From an uncultured Dehalococcoidia bacterium (GTDB taxonomy: Bacteria; Chloroflexota; Dehalococcoidia; UBA6926), in contig CAYOPL010000012.1 in assembly GCA_964405845.1 (NCBI GenBank), positions 95,583 to 159,582 of the forward strand: a stretch of 64,000 nucleotides of DNA. The letters run 5' to 3'. The position numbers were made by a program, and so were the translations under genes. Positions 10,809 through 17,171 of this stretch are shown here, one piece after another. Every line of letters starts with the position of its first letter. Within the stretch, counting starts at the first letter, position 1. Under the pieces are notes generated by a model. The model was not told where the DNA came from and did not search any database. It saw only the letters and a list, made by a program, of their open reading frames with translations.

Positions 10809-11654
10809 TTAGCGCCAAGCCGCGCCCCTCGGGTGCATCCTTACACAGTAGGTGCTTCCTATCGAAGTCCACCGGGCAGGGGTTCCCGCCGTGTAGTACC
10901 CGTCACGGGGACAGACGTATTCTTTTGGAGTTGTAGCCGCATACCGGGTCTGGTCCAGCGTCATTCTTGAGTAATCGGGCACTACAGACCATTCGTTGCC
11001 GTCGTTCGGACAAGCATAGTTGGAGTCTTTGCTGGCCTTTACGAACCCTCCGTTGGAATCAGTGCGGACGCAAGATTCAGTGTCCTGTCGGCTGAACGCA
11101 AAACGCTCTTGAACGGACGCGCAGTATTTGGACAACCCTGAACTGGCCAGATCACCCACTCCGTAAGGCGAAAAGTATGAATAGACAGCACTGAGCAGGA
11201 TGCCAATGTTAGGCGCGTTTATCGTCGCCACCCCCGGGATATCCAGGAATGGGAATCCCTCTCTGTTATCAGAGTAGAAGCTCGAATAGATTACGCACGC
11301 AGCCTTCGCAGGTGTCTGTGTGGCCCGTCGCGGAGTTGAAGGAGACGTGCCTTGTGTCGGTGGTGTCGTTGCGCGTGGAGTTGGAGTGGCGGTGGCCTCG
11401 GGCTGCCCCGGGCCGTCATCCTCGTCCTCATCGCCATCCTCGTCGCCGTCCTCGTCTTCATCCTCCTCGTCCTCCTCTTCCGGAACCGGAGTCGGAGTGG
11501 CGGTCGCCAGGACAGGCGGCGGCAGCAAAGGACCCGGATTGCCCGGATCGGGAAGATCAGGCAGAGCCATCACAGAGGCGGCTGTCAGCATCAGCGATGC
11601 CATCAAGGCAATCGTTACAACAACACCAAGGGAAAATCGTCCACGCTTGCTCAT
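10809..11654 (-). CDS. Secreted protein of unknown function. It has a signal peptide, a Pro/Thr-rich linker, a poly-acidic (E/D) low-complexity linker, and a C-terminal Cys-rich domain of about 160 aa.
   Basis: It begins MSKRGRFSLGVVVTIALMASLMLTAASVMA (signal peptide), followed by the EEEDEEDEDEDGDEDGDEDEDD tract. The C-terminal domain has 6 Cys (CVIYSSFY...YCASV...CVRTD...YACPNDG...YVCPRDG...YCVRMH). I recognise no known domain. Confidence 0.6.
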   Translation of the reverse strand: MSKRGRFSLGVVVTIALMASLMLTAASVMALPDLPDPGNPGPLLPPPVLATATPTPVPEEEDEEDEDEDGDEDGDEDEDDGPGQPEATATPTPRATTPPTQGTSPSTPRRATQTPAKAACVIYSSFYSDNREGFPFLDIPGVATINAPNIGILLSAVYSYFSPYGVGDLASSGLSKYCASVQERFAFSRQDTESCVRTDSNGGFVKASKDSNYACPNDGNEWSVVPDYSRMTLDQTRYAATTPKEYVCPRDGYYTAGTPARWTSIGSTYCVRMHPRGAAWR

Positions 11655-12451
11655 CAGCTGCCCCTCCTTTCCTGGGAAGCAGTCGAGTACGCGTTATAGG
11701 CGGCCACCGCCGCCTCGTGAGCCTCCGTGTAGCGGGCGTAGAGCGCCTCAAGACGGTCCAGGCCGTCCTGATCAGTCGGGCAGGTTGAGACCGCCTCAAC
11801 GCTGCCGCACAGGGAAATCGCCAGCTCTTTGTACTCACGCTCAGCGCTCGAACGCTCCTCAAGTCGTGAATAGCTCTCATGGGCAAGACTATAGAAGGCG
11901 ACGTCCTCGGTGAGCGTTGCGGCCGTCTCTGACAGTTCCCGATGTTCGACAAAGAGGGTGTCGTAGCGACCCTGGATGTCCGCCTTCTCTCGCGACAATG
12001 AAGCAACGGTGGCTTGCAGCCGTTCACGCTCCTGGTCGCTCCGGGAGACGACCAGCGAATAGCGCGTGTTCTCGGCCTTCAGATCATTGCGGACATCTTC
12101 CAGGCCCTCGCGTTCCGCGCGTTCTCTCTCTAGTGCGGCCTCGGAGTCCACGAGCTGCCGCCCGGTCTCCTGCACGACCGAAGAAAGAGAATCGCGCTCA
12201 TTTCCCAGTGAGATTTTCGTTGCCCGCTCCACCTCAAGCGCAGCTTCGTTCTCGCTGAGATCCAGCGTGGTCGCGTTGAGTTGGCCCCGCGTCCCGCTCA
12301 GTTCATTCAGGGAGATGGCCAGCCCAATGCTGGCGGCGCCCAGAAGCGCGATCGCGAGAATCAGTCCAACGATCCGCTTGTTGTTCGGCGCGCTGTCGAA
12401 AGCGACAACGGCCATAGCTATTCCAAGGCTCAATCTGCTCATAACTCGCAT
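11654..12451 (-). CDS. Membrane-anchored coiled-coil protein of unknown function.
   Basis: An N-terminal TM segment (LSLGIAMAVVAF ... IVGLILAIALLGAASIGLAI) is followed by a long charged heptad-like region (ALEVERATKISLGNERD...LERERAEREGLEDVRNDLKAENTRY...). The start ATG at 12451 has an AAGGAAAGGA SD upstream; the track start at 12511 is TTG. The stop overlaps the start of the downstream gene by 1 nt, indicating an operon. Confidence 0.55.
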   Translation of the reverse strand: MRVMSRLSLGIAMAVVAFDSAPNNKRIVGLILAIALLGAASIGLAISLNELSGTRGQLNATTLDLSENEAALEVERATKISLGNERDSLSSVVQETGRQLVDSEAALERERAEREGLEDVRNDLKAENTRYSLVVSRSDQERERLQATVASLSREKADIQGRYDTLFVEHRELSETAATLTEDVAFYSLAHESYSRLEERSSAEREYKELAISLCGSVEAVSTCPTDQDGLDRLEALYARYTEAHEAAVAAYNAYSTASQERRGS

Positions 12452-12784
12452 GGCACAGGTCGACCATCCTTTCCTTCTTAGTGGGTGCAGCCGGCGCTTG
12501 TCCAAGCGCAAAAAATGTAGGTGAATGCCGAGAGAGAGGTTAGGGACTAATGCTCCATTCTCACGCTGTCAGCCCTCGTGTTGGGAGCGAAGGCTGCGCA
12601 GACCCATAGCGGGCCTGGATACAGGTGGAACCTATGGAGTGCAACAACACAGCGATCGCGAAAAGGCTCCCCGCGCGGTAGCCACCGGACGTGACGCTGC
12701 GTTGGCACAGTATTTCGTTGTACAAGGGCCAAGTGGGATGCCTCCCAACATGCACTACGAATCTGACCGAGGGCTACTATACCA

Positions 12785-12862
12785 CGCGAATATAACTATT
12801 CCGTAACTATTTGGCTCCCTCTCTATCACTTTTCGTAACTATTCGCCGAAAAGCAACAAAAT
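12785..12862 (+). promoter_or_regulatory. Regulatory cassette copy C (gaatataactatt / ccgtaactatttgg / tcgtaactattcg + caaaat).
   Basis: Three direct repeats sit between gene 12944..13996(-) and gene 11654..12451(-). Confidence 0.45.
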
Positions 12863-12881
12863 CAATGCCGTAGCGCACTTA

Positions 12882-12932
12882 CCCGCTCACCCTGAGCCTT
12901 CGCCCCGCTCACCCTGAGCCTGTCGAAGGGTG
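12882..12932. repeat. REP-like repeat; two tandem module A copies.
   Basis: cccgctcaccctgagccttcgcc + ccgctcaccctgagcctgtcgaagggtgagcc. Confidence 0.75.
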
Positions 12933-12943
12933 AGCCCCAGTCG

Positions 12944-13996
12944 CTACGCCCCCAGGGCCATAAGCACTCCCTCAAGCCCCGCCAGTTCCTCCTCATTCAG
13001 GCACGCGAACAGGTCGAATCCGGCGATGGCCGCCTCGTTGAAATCGACGGACGAGGACTGCGAAGGGTCGCCGCCAATGGGGGAGGCGATGGTAGCGATA
13101 TAAGTCGGGTGGCTGCGGATGAAGTCGCCCGCGCACGCCGCGGACGCATCGCTGAGATCTCCAATCTGGGCCTCAGTGGCAGCGAGCAGGAACGCGACGA
13201 CGCTATCCAACTCAAGGCATTCGGCCGCGCTGACGCCAAGCCCCGCTGCCCTGAGCGGCGTTGTGCCCACCATCGCTACGTACTCCGCCTCGGAGAGCGT
13301 GTCACGCACGCAGGACGCTTCAGACTCTGAGAGCAGGGCCACAAGGTCTTCCCCCGTGAGGGGTGAGAGATTGTCGATAGAGGTGTAGAGCTCGATCAGA
13401 GCGACTGCTTTCTCGTTCTCCGTCATGCAGTCGTAGAAGCCGACAAGGATGTCGCGTGTCTCCTCGCCGTCGAACGTGGTTGTCTCCGGCAATTCAAAGC
13501 CAAGGCGAGCGTAGATGAACTCAGGGTGTTCGAGGGCAAAGTCGGCGATGCACGCGCGGCTTTCGTCGCTGCGTCCACCGGCTGCGGCGTCAAGGAACGC
13601 GACGCCAACAAGCACAGCGTTCTCAGGGGTCAGGCATCCGAATATCGACGCGGCAGCCGCAGGATCTCCGCCGCCTGACGCGAGCAACGGAAAGCTCAGC
13701 ATGGCCTCGTACACGGCATCGCCCAAAACGCCCCTGATACAGGCTGCCTCCTGTTCAGCGAGACGGTCGAACAGGTCTTTGCCCGTGGTTGTCGGGCCGA
13801 GGACGAAGTCCCGCATCGAAAGGACTTCCGGAACGGGTGTCGGCGTGGCCGTCGGAAGCGGAGTTGCCGTAGCAGTCGCCGTGGGTTCCGGGGTAGGCGT
13901 CGGCGGCTCCGAGCATCCAATGAGCGTTAGTGCCAGGAGGAAGATTACTCCCGCGGCAAGTAGTTTGAATCGCAGCATTCCCGTCTCTCGGTGCAT
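12944..13996 (-). CDS. Lipoprotein of unknown function with 3-4 internal repeats of a Cys-containing alpha-helical module of about 90 aa.
   Basis: The signal peptide plus lipobox is LALTLIGCSEP, followed by a Pro/Thr linker. The repeated modules are ACIRGVLGDAVYEAML / ACIADFALEHPEFIYARL / SCVRDTLSEAEYVAMV / ACAGDFIRSHPTYIATI. The start is either the ATG at 13996 or 13978 (MLRFKLLAAG). Confidence 0.6.
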   Translation of the reverse strand: MHRETGMLRFKLLAAGVIFLLALTLIGCSEPPTPTPEPTATATATPLPTATPTPVPEVLSMRDFVLGPTTTGKDLFDRLAEQEAACIRGVLGDAVYEAMLSFPLLASGGGDPAAAASIFGCLTPENAVLVGVAFLDAAAGGRSDESRACIADFALEHPEFIYARLGFELPETTTFDGEETRDILVGFYDCMTENEKAVALIELYTSIDNLSPLTGEDLVALLSESEASCVRDTLSEAEYVAMVGTTPLRAAGLGVSAAECLELDSVVAFLLAATEAQIGDLSDASAACAGDFIRSHPTYIATIASPIGGDPSQSSSVDFNEAAIAGFDLFACLNEEELAGLEGVLMALGA

Positions 13997-14047
13997 ATTC
14001 AGTGTTTCAACTCCGGGTCGTACCCGCCTCTTCGCCTCGCGGCGTAA

Positions 14048-14143
14048 TTCCGTATAACCCTATCGCATCCATACAACCAATCCGTAACTATTCGGCTGCC
14101 TATCTATCACTTCTTGTAACCATCCGCCGAAATATCGAAAAAT
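14048..14143 (+). promoter_or_regulatory. Regulatory cassette copy D (ccgtataaccc / tccgtaactattcgg / cttgtaaccatcc + aaaaat).
   Basis: Three direct repeats sit between the adhesin gene stop (14193) and the lipoprotein gene start. Confidence 0.45.
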
Positions 14144-14192
14144 CCCTGCCCTCCCGTTCACCCTGAGCCTTCGGATCAGGCGTGCGCCGCCA

Positions 14193-16934
14193 TTAATCGT
14201 TCGGACGGGCGGTGCGGGTGAAGGACCATTCACCCCAGCCGTTGGCGTTCTTGGCCCGGACTTCGACCTCGTAGCGCGTGCCGCCGGTGAGGCTAGAGAT
14301 TCTCTGCTGCCTTGGATTGCTGCACCCGACGGATGGATCACAGATGCGCTGGGCCGGGCGCGGGAAGAGCACGGTGCCCTCAGTCCAGGTGGTGGCCCCC
14401 GCTGCGCGGTGGCGCACCTGGTAGGCGTAGGGCAGCGAACCGGTGGTGACCAGGTCCCACTCGACGAACAGGTTCTGGCTGCTGCCGGGGATGACCCTGA
14501 CTCGCGGCGGTATCACGGTCGTGGTGTTGCCGGCGGCCAAGGTGACGGTGAGGATCTCCGACTGGAAGCCCAATTTCGGCGAGTCCGTGGTCATCGGATC
14601 GTTGTCATTGCCGTCGGTGCGGGCGCGGACGTGGACCTGCCAGGTCCCGTTGGCCAGGCCGGTAAACGTGTGGCTGCGGTCGCTCACGCCCTTGACGGTG
14701 TTGGTCCAACTCCCGCTGGTGCCGGAGCGGTGGCGGACGATGTATTGGTCGATGCTGCCGACAGCGCCGATGGTGCTGGCTTCGCCCCACTCGACAACCA
14801 GCTTGCTGTTGCCGCCGGACGCGAACACCGCAGGGGCGCCCGGTCCGCCTTCCTCGCCGGAACTCTGGGTAGAATTGGTAGTCGCGCCCTCAATCGCGTG
14901 CCGGGCGAAAACCGAGATTGACCCGGTGGCTTCAGGCCGGACCAGGGTCCCTTTGGGGCAGTTTACTGTATCAGTTCCACCGCCGTCTGTGACGTCGCAG
15001 GTGGTCGTACCCCATTCCTTATTGCTTTTGGTTGTAATGAAGACTTGGCCGCCGATATGCTGAGGCCCGGTAGTGAACCAGACCTGGGTCGGCTCGGACC
15101 AGACCCGGGTGGCCGGTAGCCAGACCGACCAGGCGTTGGTGGCGGTCGAGGCGGGTTGGCCGCTGGCGTGGGTGCGGGCGGCGACGCGGACGGTGTAGTA
15201 CGCGCCGTCGGTCAACCCGGTGATGCGGTGAGCTGTGGCGGTAGCAAGTGCAGTGGCGCTGCTCGCGGTTCCGCTGCAGCCCGTCGTGCTGTTGGGATCG
15301 GGACAGGCCTTCCATTCCACAACAAATCCGACCATCGTGCGTCCCGTCGGCGTAGTGAACGAGTCCCAGTCAACTTCGATGCCATTGTTGTTGTTGGCCA
15401 CCGCAGTCACGCCGGACGGGCTGTTTGTGGCGGCGGTCGCCGATGGGTCCTGGCCGGTGATCGTGACCCTCTGGCCGGTGGTCGAGTACTTATCGTCGGA
15501 GGCGTCGTAGGCGGAGATGCGGAAGTCGTAGGCGACGTGGGGCTCGATGCCGTAGAAGATGAAGTGCGGCTGGCTGGCGTCGGTCTGCGTGTCGACGTAC
15601 CTCCACGGCAACGCGCTGTAACCGCGCCAGTAGTCGTCGCTGGAACGCTTGAGTTCGAGGTCGAACGTCTCGCGGGCCTCGCAGCCGGTGCCGTTGACGC
15701 TGGTGATCCGGCCGCTGACGGCGTTGCGGGCGTAGGGCTTGATCGCGAGCGTGATGCAGGCGTCCGGCACACTGTTGGCTTCCATCACGATGTAGTCGTC
15801 GGAGTCGCCCTCGTCGTACTGGATGCGCACGGAGAAGACGTAGTCGCCCGGGGTCAGGCCGCGGAAGGTGTGCGTCCGCGTCTCAGGGGAAACTGAGGCG
15901 GTCCAACTGACGGGACTCGACTCGCTGATGGCGGAGAGGACGAAGCCGGTCACTTCGCAGGACTCGTCCATGTTGTCGGGCAGCGTCCAGGAGACGACCG
16001 CGCCCTTGCCGATGGTCAGGGCGGAAACCGAGGAGGGCGCGGTTCGCTGGCAGTACACCTCGGTATCGTCGGAGGGCTCGAGTTGCCAGTTGACTTTGTG
16101 ACCTGAGTCGTGGGCCAGGCCGGAGTGGGCAAGGTTGGCGGCAGTCCCCGTGGCGGAGGACGCGATTGTGCCGCCGTTGAGCCTGAGGGAGTTGGGGAGG
16201 ACGGCTATGCCCTGGGTGGAGTAGTTGGGTTCTACGACGGTGTGGGCGAAGGTGAGCACATTTGCAGCGACGCCTGGCACGTAGGAGGCCCACTTGGTCC
16301 CCCAGTGGGCAGGGTCCATGTCAATGGCGATCTGCGGTGTTCCAGTGACCGTCACGTCTTCGCTAAAGGCGACCGACACCTCGATCACCTCGCCGTTGGC
16401 GTAGGTGTCGTCCTCGCCGGGGTTGGAGGTGATCGCGACGGCGGGCACGGTGGGCCCGGTGGGCCCGGTCACTTTCCAGTTCACCTTGTGGTTCGCGTCG
16501 TGGTCCAGTCCGGAATGGGACAGCGTAGCCGCTGTCCCCGATGAGACGGACGTGATCGAACCGCCGTAGAGTCTGAGGCTGTCCGCCAGCACGGCGATGC
16601 CCTGCGTGGAGTAGTTGGGTTCGACCACGGTATGAGCGAAGACGATGCTGCTGCCGCCGCTGCCGCTGTTGTAGAAGGCCCATTTCGTGCCCCAGTCGGC
16701 CGGGTCCATGTCGATCTTGATATACGGCGTGCCGGTGACGTTCACCGTTTCGCTGAAGGTCAGCGTCACGCGGATGTTCTGACCTAAGGCGTAGGTCTTG
16801 TCGGGGCCGGCGCCGGAGGTGATGGCCACGCCGGTCACTGAAGGGCCGTCCGCGGCGTTCACCGAACTGCCTCCCCACAAGGACACGGCGAGAGCCGCGA
16901 GGAAGAGGACAAGCACGGCTGCGGTGCGGCGCAA
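14193..16934 (-). CDS. Large secreted cell-surface protein (adhesin-like). It has two tandem N-terminal repeat domains of about 150 aa, followed by several fibronectin type III / Ig-like beta domains.
   Basis: The signal peptide is MRRTAAVLVLFLAALAVSLWGGSSVNA. Repeat 1 (VTGVAITSGAGPDKTYALGQNIRVTLTFSE...MDPADWGTKWAFY...HTVVEPNYSTQGIAVL...HKVNWKV) is duplicated as ...VAITSNPGEDDTYANGEVIEVSVAFSE...MDPAHWGTKWASY...HTVVEPNYSTQGIAVL...HKVNWQL. The downstream regions are FN3-like, rich in T/S/G with W..Y..V..R patterns. Confidence 0.65.
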   Translation of the reverse strand: MRRTAAVLVLFLAALAVSLWGGSSVNAADGPSVTGVAITSGAGPDKTYALGQNIRVTLTFSETVNVTGTPYIKIDMDPADWGTKWAFYNSGSGGSSIVFAHTVVEPNYSTQGIAVLADSLRLYGGSITSVSSGTAATLSHSGLDHDANHKVNWKVTGPTGPTVPAVAITSNPGEDDTYANGEVIEVSVAFSEDVTVTGTPQIAIDMDPAHWGTKWASYVPGVAANVLTFAHTVVEPNYSTQGIAVLPNSLRLNGGTIASSATGTAANLAHSGLAHDSGHKVNWQLEPSDDTEVYCQRTAPSSVSALTIGKGAVVSWTLPDNMDESCEVTGFVLSAISESSPVSWTASVSPETRTHTFRGLTPGDYVFSVRIQYDEGDSDDYIVMEANSVPDACITLAIKPYARNAVSGRITSVNGTGCEARETFDLELKRSSDDYWRGYSALPWRYVDTQTDASQPHFIFYGIEPHVAYDFRISAYDASDDKYSTTGQRVTITGQDPSATAATNSPSGVTAVANNNNGIEVDWDSFTTPTGRTMVGFVVEWKACPDPNSTTGCSGTASSATALATATAHRITGLTDGAYYTVRVAARTHASGQPASTATNAWSVWLPATRVWSEPTQVWFTTGPQHIGGQVFITTKSNKEWGTTTCDVTDGGGTDTVNCPKGTLVRPEATGSISVFARHAIEGATTNSTQSSGEEGGPGAPAVFASGGNSKLVVEWGEASTIGAVGSIDQYIVRHRSGTSGSWTNTVKGVSDRSHTFTGLANGTWQVHVRARTDGNDNDPMTTDSPKLGFQSEILTVTLAAGNTTTVIPPRVRVIPGSSQNLFVEWDLVTTGSLPYAYQVRHRAAGATTWTEGTVLFPRPAQRICDPSVGCSNPRQQRISSLTGGTRYEVEVRAKNANGWGEWSFTRTARPND
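15990..16850. repeat. Intragenic tandem duplication of about 430 bp x2 encoding the two N-terminal repeat domains of the adhesin-like protein.
   Basis: Near-identical peptide blocks (HTVVEPNYSTQGIAVL, MDPAxWGTKWA) occur twice. Mirrored + strand track ORFs overlap the same region. Confidence 0.6.
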
Positions 16935-17014
16935 GGACAGGGCAGGGGCTGTGTTGGAGAGCCTCGTGACGTCACCTCATCTCTATCTTTTTGCCAGTTC
17001 GTCCGAGTCTACCA

Positions 17015-17092
17015 AGTAGCTGTAACTATCCCGTAACTATTCGACCGACTCCCCATCACTTCTTGTAACCATCCACCAAAATACGCATAATT
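17015..17092 (+). promoter_or_regulatory. Regulatory cassette copy E, which includes a good sigma70-like promoter (TTGTAA-N17-CATAAT) for the hybrid kinase/regulator gene. The sites are gctgtaactatcc / ccgtaactattcg / cttgtaaccatcc.
   Basis: The -35 TTGTAA lies at 17063-17068 and the -10 CATAAT at 17086-17091, with a 17-nt spacer. The same triple-repeat layout is seen in copies A-D. Confidence 0.5.
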
Positions 17093-17171
17093 GCCCGTAG
17101 AAACGCAGACTCCAACGCCCACTAGGGACGAAACCCACGGGGTATCCCGAGGCCCATTAAGAGGTGACAAG

